64,000 nucleotides of DNA from an uncultured Chloroflexia bacterium (GTDB lineage: Bacteria > Chloroflexota > Anaerolineae > JAAYZQ01), in contig CAVOXA010000001.1 in the NCBI GenBank assembly GCA_963700285.1, positions 416,001-480,000 of the forward strand. The letters run 5' to 3'. Position numbers and translations under genes: made by a program. Under the pieces are notes generated by a model, which was given only the letters and a program-made list of their open reading frames with translations, did not search any database and had not been told where the DNA came from. This document shows positions 53,882 to 64,000 of this stretch, piece by piece (position 1 is the first letter of the stretch; each line of letters opens with the position of its first letter).

Positions 53882-54382
53882 TATACAGTACTGATAACGC
53901 ATGCTCGGGCAGATTATTGTAACAATATACTGTGTAGTTCTGGAGGCTGTCCATCCTATAGTCACGGCGCGAGTATTTGCATCGCTGCCAAGTTTCGTCG
54001 GACACTCGTAAGCGTCTCACGTTGGGGACATGAATAAAGGGGAAAATACGCCTGAAAGGAGCTTGAGCCTCTGCAAAAGGCCGAAGAACAGGGCTGGCCC
54101 CTGCCCATAATGAACCCTGCCTATCATCACGGAACTGGAGACCCAGCAGCGCAGCTCTCAGCGGATTGTAAATCAACTGATTTCTGGAGATAACAAATCT
54201 ATTCCATCTGTTTCGACTGGACCAAAACACTGAGCCAAGCGGGACGAGGGCGGCTAGGCCCGCTGACCCAACTTGGCAAGTTGTCCCCAACCTGTGACGG
54301 TTACGACACTCTGCTATTCTGTATCGGAGAAATGTGGTATAATCATGATCGGTCAGTCGAGATTGGAGTGAGGTGAAGAGGC

Positions 54383-54973
54383 ATGAGTGAGCAGGCGCTC
54401 CCGGATGTGGGTTTCCAAGTGCGGGCTGTGCGCCAGCAGCGCGGGTTGTCCCTGCGCGCGCTGGCCCAGATCTGCGAGCTTTCTCCTAACACCATTAGCC
54501 TAATCGAACGGGGAATCACTTCGCCCAGCGTGTCCACATTGCACCGGCTGGCAACAGCCCTGCGGGTGCCCATCACGGCTTTTTTTGAGGCGCGACCTGA
54601 CAAGGTAGAGGCGATCCTACTCCGATCTGGCGAGCGCCCGCGAACTGGCAGCGGCAGCATGTTGCTGGAGAGCCTGGGTACCGCCCTGGATGGCCAGACA
54701 CTGGAGCCTTTTGTAGTTACCCTGAAGCCCGGGGCCAGCAGCGGCCGGCGGCTGATGGTACACATCGGCCATGAGCTGGTGTACTGCCTGGAAGGGGAGA
54801 TAGAGTATACGGTGAACGACGAGAGCTGCCGGCTTTTGGCCGGGGACTCGTTGCTCTTTGAGGCCCGGCTTCCTCACCGCTGGCGCAACCCCGGGACAGA
54901 GCCCGCCGTGTTCCTCCTCGTCTTCCAGTCGACTGAGCTGGGGGAGTCGGTGGAAGAACACCTGCGCCCGTGA
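54383..54973 (+). CDS. XRE-family regulator with cupin domain
   Basis: RQQRGLSLRALA..ISLIERG..SPS HTH; HIGHE...PHRWRN cupin. Confidence 0.93.
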   Translation: MSEQALPDVGFQVRAVRQQRGLSLRALAQICELSPNTISLIERGITSPSVSTLHRLATALRVPITAFFEARPDKVEAILLRSGERPRTGSGSMLLESLGTALDGQTLEPFVVTLKPGASSGRRLMVHIGHELVYCLEGEIEYTVNDESCRLLAGDSLLFEARLPHRWRNPGTEPAVFLLVFQSTELGESVEEHLRP

Positions 54974-54990
54974 TGTGGCTGTCTACTTCC

Positions 54991-55027
54991 GCAAAAAATC
55001 CCCCCTCATTGCGAGGAGGGATTTTGC
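54991..55027. terminator. Hairpin between convergent genes
   Basis: GCAAAAAATCCCCCCTC...GAGGAGGGATTTTGC imperfect stem. Confidence 0.6.
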
Positions 55028-55053
55028 ATAGGCAAGACAGCGGGGATGTCCCT

Positions 55054-55371
55054 CTATTCTTCCAGGTTCCTGGGCGGCGGTGTGCCAAGATCCACGTGGG
55101 CTGGTGGGCGATTCTCTTCGATCCACGTCTCGAACCATTCGGGATCCCACCAGTGGATGATGGCCGCTGAACGGTCCGGCCTCTGGCCGAGTAGATTGTT
55201 GATCATGCATTTTTCTTTGTAGGCCTTGTCGATAGCTGTGTCGACGTCGCTGTGGCCTAGTTTGCCAGCTTTCCAGCCCTGGAAGGTGTCGCACAGGGGA
55301 TCCATGATCTGGCGCCAGCGGTAGTCCCAGTAGGCATCCGTCAGCTTTTCTTCCCAGCTTTTTGGACTCAT
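55054..55371 (-). CDS. Hypothetical protein
   Basis: AGGAGG RBS; 105 aa Trp-rich ORF downstream of the DsrK-like gene. Confidence 0.7.
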   Translation of the reverse strand: MSPKSWEEKLTDAYWDYRWRQIMDPLCDTFQGWKAGKLGHSDVDTAIDKAYKEKCMINNLLGQRPDRSAAIIHWWDPEWFETWIEENRPPAHVDLGTPPPRNLEE

Positions 55372-55434
55372 ACTCCTACCTCCTTTAGAAGGTCCTGCCG
55401 GAAGCCATATAGATTCCGGCAGGGTCGCGGCTGA

Positions 55435-56686
55435 TTAGACGATCAACGAATCGGCGATGAGGTCGATGACGCCCTTGATCTCGAACCCCATCTCATAGTG
55501 TTTGTTCAGGTCTTCCAACTGGGTCTTGCAGTTCTCACAGGCGGTAATGACCCAGTCTGCACCAGTTTCGCGGATCTGTGCAACCTTGGGCAGTCCACCC
55601 TGCATCCGGGTTTCATACATGTCCTCGACAGCGGCGATCAGCCCGCCTCCGCCACCGCAGCACCAGTTCAGCTCCCGATTGGGTGTCATTTCCCGGTAGT
55701 CTGTGGCGACGGCCTTGATCAGTTCCCGCGGCTCGTCATAAATCCCGGAACTGCGACCCAGGCTACAGGGGTCGTGGTAGGTCATGGGCGTGTCGAATGT
55801 GCTAGGCTTGACCTTGATCCGGCCCTGGGCCAGGTACTGGTGGGTGAGCGGCACGATGTTCAGCCGTTCGAGCCCCTTGATCTCGTCTCCGAACCAGCCC
55901 TCAAAGTAATTGAACATGGTGCGGCTGGCGTGCCCACACTCGGGATAGACGATGCCCTTGACGCCCAAGCGCAGTGCTTCCTGCACGATCCAGTTAGCTG
56001 CTGCCTTGGCCTTGGGCATATCCCCGACAAAGTAGGAGTGGTTCGTGGCCGTGAATAGGCTCAGGCTCCAATCTACTCCCGCTGCGCAAAAGATCTTGGC
56101 TGCGGGGATAATTGCTTCTTCACCGACCAGGGGGACGTACAGGTACTCGGCTCCTTCGTTTTCAACCGTGATCTTGACGTCGGGGTGAAACTCTTCCTGT
56201 AGCCGTGACTCCAGTTCTTGTGTCTGCTCGACGTAAAAGTCCTTGATAAAGTCGATGATCTCACCCTTGCTGACCTCTGCCTCGCCGATCTCGGCGATCA
56301 TCTCCGGGCCGATTTCCTCCTGGAGCATGGAGTAGCGCCCGGTGCCGACCAGGAGGCCGGTGTCCAGGTCAAAGGGGCAAAAGACGGCGCATCGGCGGCA
56401 GCCGGTGCAATCCCACATGGCCTTCTTGAGCTGGGCCACCATGGCCGGGTCGGTGCCCTGGTAGTCGTTGATCCAATCCCAGAGCCTGCCCTTTTCTGCT
56501 CCTTCGCTCTCGATCGCCTTCTTTACCAGCATCATCCGGTAGGCGGGAATGTGTGCCGGGTCTTTCGACGCGGCGTAAAAGTGGCAGGCATCGGCGCAAG
56601 CCCCACATCGCACACAAGATGTCGCCATAGTACTGCAGCGGCCGGCTGATACGACCACGGATGGTGTCAATGAAACGGTCTAGCAT
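55435..56686 (-). CDS. DsrK/HmcF/TmcB-like heterodisulfide-reductase-type Fe-S protein; frameshift near 56628
   Basis: CVRCGACADAC, CTGCRRCAVFC, PECGH and YHDPC...CCGGGGG...TACENC; true start MLDRFIDT follows an AGGAGG. Confidence 0.85.
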
Positions 56687-56696
56687 CGTAGCCTCC

Positions 56697-57411
56697 TTAA
56701 CTCCTCATGACCATCTTGTTCAGGATGGAGCCGATGGTGTGGATCAGCTTGCCAAAGGGGAAATAGATCATTAGGAGCTGGACGAGCAGAAAGTGCCAGA
56801 GGAAGGATACCCCAGCGCTCTCGGGTACCGGTCTTCCAACTGAACCTATACAGTCCCTGCATGAACTCCCGCATGGCAGGCTGGTCTACCTCCAATACCG
56901 AGCGCATGTGCATGCCGGTGACACCGATGGCGATCAAAAGGACCAGGGCAAAAAAATCCTCTGGGGTAGAGAGCCACTTGACCGAGCCAGCCCAGCGGCG
57001 CGGCAACAGGTAGAAGAGAGGGATCATGAAGAGCAGGCCAGCCGTCACCCCGGCAATCAGGGAGAAGGTGTGCAGTTCCTTTTCCCCCCACCCCAGCCAG
57101 TCCCAGAGGAAATAGAAGTCGGTGACAACGCGGATGTGCCCCAGGATCAGGAGCAGCAGGCCAACGTGCATGATGAACCCACCTGCCCACAGCAGGGTGT
57201 TCACTTTGAACAGTCCCTTCAGCGTGAACAGGTCCAGGAGGGCGTCCCCCAGCCGCCCCCAACGGCTTTCCGGCCGTGGAAAGAGGGAGAGATGAGCGGG
57301 CACCGGCTTTCGCTGCGACCAGCGGTACATCTGGTAGGCGGTTCCAGCGATTAGGACGATGACCGCAACGTAGGGGGTGATGTACGATACGAGAAACCCT
57401 ATTGCTTCCAT
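56697..57411 (-). CDS. NarI/DsrM/HmcE-like di-heme b membrane subunit; frameshift near 56830
   Basis: TM helices with MHVG...LGHIR and, in the shifted frame, FLWHFLL...YFPFGKLIH. Confidence 0.82.
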
Positions 57412-57454
57412 GCAGCAGATCCTCCTTGATGTGCAGGGCTCAAAGTCAGAGATA

Positions 57455-57478
57455 GGGGGAGAGGAAAACCTCTCCCCC
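57455..57478 (-). terminator. Hairpin between tusA and the DsrM-like gene
   Basis: GGGGGAGAGG / CCTCTCCCCC perfect 10-bp stem with a 4-nt loop. Confidence 0.55.
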
Positions 57479-57492
57479 AACGGACGGCGAAG

Positions 57493-57732
57493 CTACTTGA
57501 CGCGTCGCACGTAAAACTTGAAGACGTCGCCGTCCTTTTCTGCTTTCAGCAGCTCGTTGCCCGTACTCTTGGTCCAGGCAGTGATGTCGGCCATGGACCC
57601 GGGATCGGTGGCCAGGATCTCCAGGATGCCACCGACAGAAATGTTCTTGACTTCCTTACTGGTCTTGACTACCGGCATCGGGCACTTTAGTCCCTTTGCG
57701 TCTAGTGTCTGTTCCGGTGTAAACTCACTCAT
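57493..57732 (-). CDS. tusA: TusA-family sulfur carrier
   Basis: LDAKGLKCPMPVV and ATDPGS..DI.AW. Confidence 0.93.
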   Translation of the reverse strand: MSEFTPEQTLDAKGLKCPMPVVKTSKEVKNISVGGILEILATDPGSMADITAWTKSTGNELLKAEKDGDVFKFYVRRVK

Positions 57733-57786
57733 GGTTTTTTCTCCCTAGTATGAATTCAAGCTTGATTTCTTGTGAATCAGTCTTTC

Positions 57787-58268
57787 CTAGATGAAGAGAT
57801 TGAATCTCGGATTCCTCGGCCTCGGCGATGAAGGTAGCCGCGCCTACTACGTCAGCCACTTCATCGATGAGGTCGTCTCTGCTGATCTCCATGACGTCCA
57901 TGCTCATCAGGCAGGCCAGTAATTTGACGTCCAGGTCAATGGCCATCTGTAGCATCTCTGGCAGGGAGGTGACGTTCTGGTCGGCCATCATCTTTTTGAA
58001 CATCCAGCGGCCCATGCCGCCAAAGTTGAACTTGGATGGGCCCAGGCGGTCGATCCCACCCCGGTTCATGACGCCCAGCATCTTGCCAAAGAACCCTTTG
58101 CCCGTTGGGGTTCCCTTCTGGATGGCCTTCAGCCCCCAGAAGGTAAAGAACATGGTGGTCTCCATGCCCATGGCGGCAGCGGTGGTGCCGATGATGAACG
58201 CGGCAAAGACCTTGTCCATGTCCCCGCTAAAGACGATGATGGAGCATTTTCTGTGTCTCTTCGCTCAT
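57787..58268 (-). CDS. DsrE2/DrsE-like sulfurtransferase; frameshifts near both ends
   Basis: SIIVFSGDMDK, MFFTFWGL, LLACLMSMDVM and VGAATF; AGGAGG RBS. Confidence 0.85.
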
Positions 58269-58286
58269 TCTCTCCTCCTTGATTCT

Positions 58287-59050
58287 TTAGAGTTTGCTCA
58301 TCTCGGCAATATGCTGCAAGCGGCTGAGCAGGTTCAGCCGTTCTTGGCCAATCTCGGAAAAGGTACCTGCCACTCGCCCCACTAGCCGGGAGATGCGGGC
58401 AAGGTCCTTCTCTGACACCAACCGCACGCTCGGGAGCGGCGCCGCGCAGCTCTTGCTCGTTGAGACCTAGTTCCGCGGCCAACTGAGGCAGATTCTGTTG
58501 CCAATCTGGTATTGCTCCACCTGGTGCCTGGGTGACGAACTGGCAGCCGGCGGCGATAGCCACTGGCTGGTGTTCTACCTCGATCGGGGCGCTGATACAC
58601 AGCAGACCAGCATGGCAAGCATGGATCTGCCCATTGTCCACTCGTTTCCATGCAACCTTACATCGGCGGCGGCCCTCTTGGCTGGACAGGATCAGTCCGG
58701 CAGAAAGTCGCAGGAATTGCTGATCTCGGTCAGCGGCGAACCGTCCAGTCGGTGGTGACAGCGGCAATATCCAGTGCTTCAGCGCACACGTCCTGGATGG
58801 TCTGGATACAGGAAAGCGGCAACGACTTGGGGGAAGGTGCAATCGTTGCCACCCGGCGGCGGCATGCTCTCAATGTCCAGACCTGATTTTGCTGCTCCTG
58901 GAGCCAGGTTTCAATCTCCCGGCGAGAGAAACGCCACTGTCCGCCCACCTTGAAGCCCTGAAGCCGGCCATCGTGCAGCATGCGGTAGATGGTGATGCGG
59001 TCTACCTGGAGCAGATCCTGTAATTGTCTGGTTGTGAGCAAGTCATCCAC
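58287..59050 (-). CDS. Excisionase/BldC-type HTH fused to a PocR-like sensor domain; several frameshifts
   Basis: LLTTRQLQDLLQVDRITIYRML..KVGGQWRF; CIQTIQD, DGSPLTEISNSCDF, CHAGL and APIEV...AGCQF PocR hallmarks; C-terminus ERLNLLSRLQHIAEMSKL. Confidence 0.78.
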
Positions 59051-59081
59051 GCTGCGGACAATCCCCTTTGAAGCTAGGTCG

Positions 59082-59111
59082 AGTATACCATCAGATGCGG
59101 AGCTGTGTCAA
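59082..59111 (-). promoter_or_regulatory. sigma70 promoter of the PocR-HTH/dsrE/tusA operon
   Basis: TTGACA-N18-TATACT with an extended TG. Confidence 0.65.
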
Positions 59112-59375
59112 ATCATGTATCGCATGTTGTAACAAGATATAACATACGTAACACTATTCCGACCTGGTGACCAGAACGGGTTCGGTCGGGCCTTACTGCT
59201 TGCGGGTTGTGGTTGCTTCTCAGGACAAGGTGTGGTACAATGACTGCCGTTGTTCCCACCCCTGGCTGGACTGGTTTGAGCCCTCCAGGTGCTTGGCGGT
59301 GGGGGGACAGTCTGGCGTATCAAATGGGAGCAGCATGTACCTTCACCCACTGAAGGCAGGCCAAGGAGGGACAGT

Positions 59376-60396
59376 GTGAAACACGTCATTGTTGCGGCCA
59401 TACTGGTCATCGTCGTGACGGCTCTGGTGATCCTGGGCCTGAATGCCATCGACCTGGTGCCCCAGCTTGCCAGCGAAGAGGGCAGGCTCGTGGACCAGAT
59501 GTTCACTGTGCAGATCTATGTCATCGCCTTCATCTTTTCCCTCATCATTGTGCTTTATGCTCTACAGCGTCGTGGTCTTTCGGCGCAAGCCGGGAGACAT
59601 GGGCGATGGGCCGCACATCACGGGCAACACGCCCTGGAGATCACCTGGACCGTCATCCCCTTGATCATCGTGATGGGCTTTGGCATCTGGGGCGCCGGAC
59701 ACCTGAGCGAGATCACGGCCAGCGCATCCCGACGAACTGGTCGTCGAGGTCACCGGCTTTCAGTTTGGCTGGCGCTTTGACTACCCCGAGTACCGGGGTC
59801 AGCTCCACCGATCTGTACCTGCCCGTAGGCCGCCAGATCCTGTTCAAGCTCACCTCCACCGACGTGATCCACTCCTTCTGGGTGCCCGAGTTCCGGATCA
59901 AGCAGGATGCGGTGCCCGGTACGTGGACAGAGCTGCGGGTCACGCCCACCGAGATGGGTGACTATCGCGATCCGCTGCGCCGAGATGTGCGGCTACGCCC
60001 ACTCGGCCATGTACGCGCCCGTCGTCGTCGTCGAGCCAGGCGACTTTGAGGCCTGGCTGGCAGGGCAAGAGGTGGAGCGACCGGCCGGCAGAGGACCTGA
60101 CTCCCGTGGAGCAGGGTGCGAACGCTGGCTGAGGAACAGGGTTGCCTCTCCTGCCACAGCGTGGATGGCAGCACGCTGGTCGGTCCCACCTGGCTGGGTC
60201 TGTTCGGCAGCGAGCGCCAGCTGGAGGATGGCTCCACCGTCGTGGCGGACGAGGACTACCTGCGCAAATCGATCCTGGAACCACAAGCGCAGGTGGTCGC
60301 TGATTATCCCAACGATCATGCCCGCCGCCTATGTCATTTCTGTCTGACGAGGAACTGGACGCCATCGTCGAGTATATCAAGAGCTTGAGTGAATAG
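59376..60396 (+). CDS. coxB: Cytochrome c oxidase subunit II with fused cytochrome c (caa3 type); frameshifted
   Basis: LEITWTVIP, DVIHSFWVP, CAEMCGYAHSAM (CuA) and CLSCH. Confidence 0.88.
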
Positions 60397-60482
60397 AGTC
60401 GTCAGGCGATGATCGCTGATGCGCGCTCGCAGTGGACTGTGGTCTGACTTGAACAGAGAATCTGTACACGAGGAGGACACCT

Positions 60483-62356
60483 ATGACAGTGCTTTCATTG
60501 GGGCTTGTTCGAGGATTGGGTGCCCAGATCGTGGGCACCGCCCTGGGCATGGCACTGGTCGTCGTCGTCCGGGTGCTGATGGGCTTGGAACGCCTGGGAG
60601 CCGGAACCGGTCGTGGTCGTCGGCGCGATGGTGGGCATCATCGCCTTTCTGATTGGCGCCGGCTCTTTCAGCGACTGGTTCAAGTGGACCAAGGGCGAGG
60701 AGACCCCCATGCACCACGGTCCGCCCCCGGCAAGCCTGCCTGGACCCGCTACTTCGGCGTCGACTATAACCACCGGGTGATCGGCATCCAGTACATGGTC
60801 ACCGGCCATGCTGCTGTTGCTGGTCGGTGGGCTTCTGGCCATGATCTTTCGCGTGGAGCTGGCCGAGGCCGGCCGCCAGTGGCTCGATCCGGCCGTCTTT
60901 AACACCATGATCGGCATGCACGGCTGGGTCATGATCGCCTCCATTCTGCTGGGGATCGCGGGCTTTGCCAACTATTTGATCCCGCTGATGATCGGCGCCT
61001 CGGACATGGCCTTTCCCCGGCTGAACTCCTGCGCCTTCTGGATCAACGTCCCGGCGGCCCTCGTGCTGTTGACCAGCATGTTCGTCGGTGGCTGGGATAC
61101 CGGCTGGACGGCCTATCCACCCCTGAGCGCCCTTGCGCCGCTGGGTATGCAGCTCTACTTTGTGGCCGTGTTTTTCATGGGCCTGTCCTCCATCCTGGGC
61201 GCTGTCAACCTGATCGCCACCATCCTGACCCATGCGCGCGCCGGGCATGACCCTGTTTCGCATGCCCATCTTTGCCTGGTCGGTGCTGGCCACCAACATC
61301 ATCGCCCTGACGGCCACCCAGCTCATTGCCCTGTCGTTCCTCATGGTCATGATGCAGCGGCTGCTGGGCATGGGCTTCTTTGATCCGGCCAAGGGCGGCA
61401 ATCCCGATCCTGTTCCAGCATCTCTTCTGGTTCTACTCCCACCCGGCGGTCTATATCTTTGTGCTGCCTGGCCTGGGCATCATCAGCGAGCTGCTGCCGG
61501 TCTTTAGCCGCAAGCCGCTCTTTGGCTACAAGTGGGTGGCCCTGTCCAGCATGGCCATCGCCCTGGCCGGCTTTCTGGTCTGGGCCCACCACATGTTCAC
61601 CGTCGGGCATGGAGAGCTTTCTGCGGGTACCCTTCATGTTCACCACACTGCTTGGTGGCCGTTCCCACCGGGATCAAGTTCTTTAGCTGGATCGCAACGA
61701 TGTGGCGCGGCAAGCTGACCTTTCCCACGCCCGATGCTCTTTGTCCTGGGCGCCCTCTCGGTCTTTTTGATCGGTGGCCTGACCGGCCCGCCCAACGGCA
61801 TTGTCACCACCGACCTGTTCCTGCACGACACCTACTGGATCGTGGGCCACTTTCACGCCACGATGTTCGGCGGTTTTGTCTTTCCCTTCTTTGCCGCCCT
61901 GTACTACTGGTTCCCCAAGATCACGGGGCGGATGTACAGCGAGAGGCTGGGCAAGCTGCACTTCTGGCTGATGACGCCCGCCTTCTGGGTGCAGAGCCTG
62001 GGCCAGATGCAGGTCGGCCTGAAGGGCATGCGCCGCCGCATCGTGGACTATGACCCCGCCCTGGGCATTGAGGGGGGGCAGATTGCTCGTCACCATCGCC
62101 GGCTTTGTCATCGGCCTTTCGGTGCTGATCATGCTCTACAATCTGATCGCGCAGCGCCCGCCGGGGCGAGGTGGCCGAGCGCAATCCCTGGCGCTCGCGC
62201 TCGCCCGAGTGGCAGATCCCGTCACCCATCCCGGAGGTAGCCTATGCCCAGCCGTTCCAGGTCGTCGGCGAGCCCTACGACTATGGCCTGCCTGACTCGA
62301 CCTACGTCAGAGTAGCACCGCCTGGCAACGGCGACCGCCCGGCTAGCGGCGACTAG
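60483..62356 (+). CDS. coxA: Cytochrome c oxidase subunit I, A2 type; frameshifted
   Basis: [35 protein letters not shown] and [11 protein letters not shown]. Confidence 0.9.
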
Positions 62357-62372
62357 AGGAGGAGACGAGATC

Positions 62373-62732
62373 ATGATCGTTGATCAGTTAGGCATCGTCC
62401 TGGGAAGTTCTGCAGTCCTGTTACTGGTTGTAGGGGCCATGGGGGTCGTCCTGGCCTTTAGTTTTAGCAAGCCTAGTCCGCTGCCTGCCGAGCCCCCCGA
62501 GCCCGTCAAGATGCCGTCGGCTGAGCCAGTAGACGAAGAAGTGCTGGCTGGCCGCAAAGCTGCCTACCGCCGAGGCGTGTACGTCTTTGTTGGTCTGGCG
62601 GTGCTGACAGCTTTCGAGTTTGTTATCGCCGTGGTTCTCAGCGGCTCTGCGGCCCTCCTGTTTGTGCTCATCCTGGCCAAAGCAGGCCTGATCCTGCAGT
62701 ACTATATGCACATGGACCAGCGTTTGGAGTGA
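62373..62732 (+). CDS. Cytochrome c oxidase subunit IV-like protein (3' end possibly shifted)
   Basis: VFVGLAVLTAFEF...LAKAGLILQYYMH; operon context. Confidence 0.75.
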   Translation: MIVDQLGIVLGSSAVLLLVVGAMGVVLAFSFSKPSPLPAEPPEPVKMPSAEPVDEEVLAGRKAAYRRGVYVFVGLAVLTAFEFVIAVVLSGSAALLFVLILAKAGLILQYYMHMDQRLE

Positions 62733-62747
62733 GGGGGAGGCACACTG

Positions 62748-63317
62748 ATGAGCGCTGACAGCCTGGCTGCGTACAAGATCCAGACCAAGACCAACCGCGT
62801 GGGCCTGTGGTTGTTCTTTGTCTCTGAGGCCTTTCTGTTCGGCTGGCCTGCTGGCATCTCGCTTCTACCTGTGGGGCAACACCCGCCCGGACCTGGATCA
62901 GACGCTGGGCCTGATTGTCACCATCGATCCTGCTGATCAGCAGTTTCTTTATGAACCGTGCCGAATCGGCCATCGCCCACGACGACCGGAAGACCTTTCT
63001 CAACAGCCTGCTGATCACCGCTGGCGTTGGGTGTCGCTTTTCTCATCGGCGTGGTCGGCTTTGAGTGGCAGGGGCACATCAAGCCCTGGGATGGCGTTTA
63101 TGGTGCGGTGCTGTACGGCATGACTGGTCTGCATGCCCTGCACGTCTTGAGCGGCGTGGTCCTGATCCTGATTGTCTGGAATCTGGGGCGCAAAGGTCAC
63201 TTTTCCGCCGAGCGGCACTGGGGTGTGGAGGCTACGGCCGTCTACTGGCACTTTGTCGACGTGGTCTGGGTCTTTTTCTACCCAGCCCTGTACCTGATGG
63301 GGACCGCCGCATCATAG
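62748..63317 (+). CDS. coxC: Cytochrome c oxidase subunit III; frameshifted
   Basis: GLWLFFVSEAFLF, MTGLHALHVLSG and YWHFVDVVW. Confidence 0.88.
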
Positions 63318-63436
63318 CTTTCAGCTATCAGCAACAGTTCCACGTTGACAGCTGAAGGCTGATGGCAGTGGGCCAGTGTCTGTCTTCCCTGAGTGCCCGC
63401 ACTCGGGTTCCTATTCTGCAGAGGCCGGAGATTCCG

Positions 63437-64000
63437 ATGGATCCGACGTCTGAGCGTGCTGCTGCTGTCGTGGGCGTGGCGGCCCGAGATCATTCTGACC
63501 CTGGGCCTGGCGGCGGCGATCCACCTCGTTGGTCGCTGGCGCCTGAAGCAGCGCGGCAGTACCGCATCTGGTGAATCCCTGGCGCTCGGTGGCCTATTTG
63601 GGCGGTCTGGCAGTCTGTGGATTGCCTTGATGTCGCCCATCGACGTACTGAGTGGTCAGTTCTTCTTCATGCACATGATCCAGCACCTGCTGCTGGTCAT
63701 GATCGCACCCCCGCTGCTGCTGATCGCCGATCCGATGCCCATCATGGTGTGGGGGCTGCCCGCCGCTCTGCGGCTGGAGGTAGGGCGCTGGCTGCGGCCG
63801 GACGCGACGTTCCGCCGTGTGCTACGCGCGCTGACAACGCCCGGGCTGGTCTGGCTGTACTTTGTCGCTGCCCTGGTAGGCTGGCACGATCCCAATGCCT
63901 ATAACGCTGACGCTGCAATACGAGCTGGTCCACGACCTGGAGCACCTGACCTTCTTTGGAACAGCGATGCTGTTCTGGTGGCACGTCATCGGCGCTGCGC
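63437..64000 (+). CDS. Caa3_CtaG-family oxidase assembly protein, partial and frameshifted
   Basis: IALMSPIDVLSGQFFFMHMIQHLLLVMIAPPLLL, WHDP.AY and HDLEH. Confidence 0.8.

Noticed and set aside
55435-64000. Apparent decay of the sulfur-relay and cox operons
   Set aside because: Indel density rises toward the window end while catalytic ligands remain intact, which suggests low-coverage consensus error.

Overview
GC-rich 64 kb window whose gene families and protein styles suggest Chloroflexota (Anaerolineae-like); this is an inference. Contents in order: glycosyltransferases, tsaC/sua5, a DUF2202 gene plus a BaeSR-like two-component system, an 11-gene siroheme-dependent (Ahb) heme biosynthesis operon, rpoD, a K+-independent H+-PPase, tyrS, an ECF sigma/anti-sigma/DUF5666 module, an SLC13 transporter, an FtsX-type ABC exporter cluster with two HtrA proteases and a second BaeSR-like system, a FAD/Fe-S oxidoreductase, a DsrE-TusA-DsrMK-like module and an A2-type caa3 oxidase operon. 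The strongest unexplained signals are: (1) a membrane-anchored rhodanese whose active-site CxC is encoded as TGA-ACT-TGA (UxU, two selenocysteines), followed by a SECIS-like hairpin; (2) a Tyr-rich leader peptide with terminator/antiterminator upstream of tyrS, where no T-box was recognised; (3) four promoters with phased 11-bp YTNCA repeats ending 11 nt before the -10 box; (4) two BldC/excisionase-type HTH-sensor regulators heading the heme and sulfur-relay operons. Many genes at 36-45 kb and 55-64 kb carry frameshifts that look like sequencing errors.
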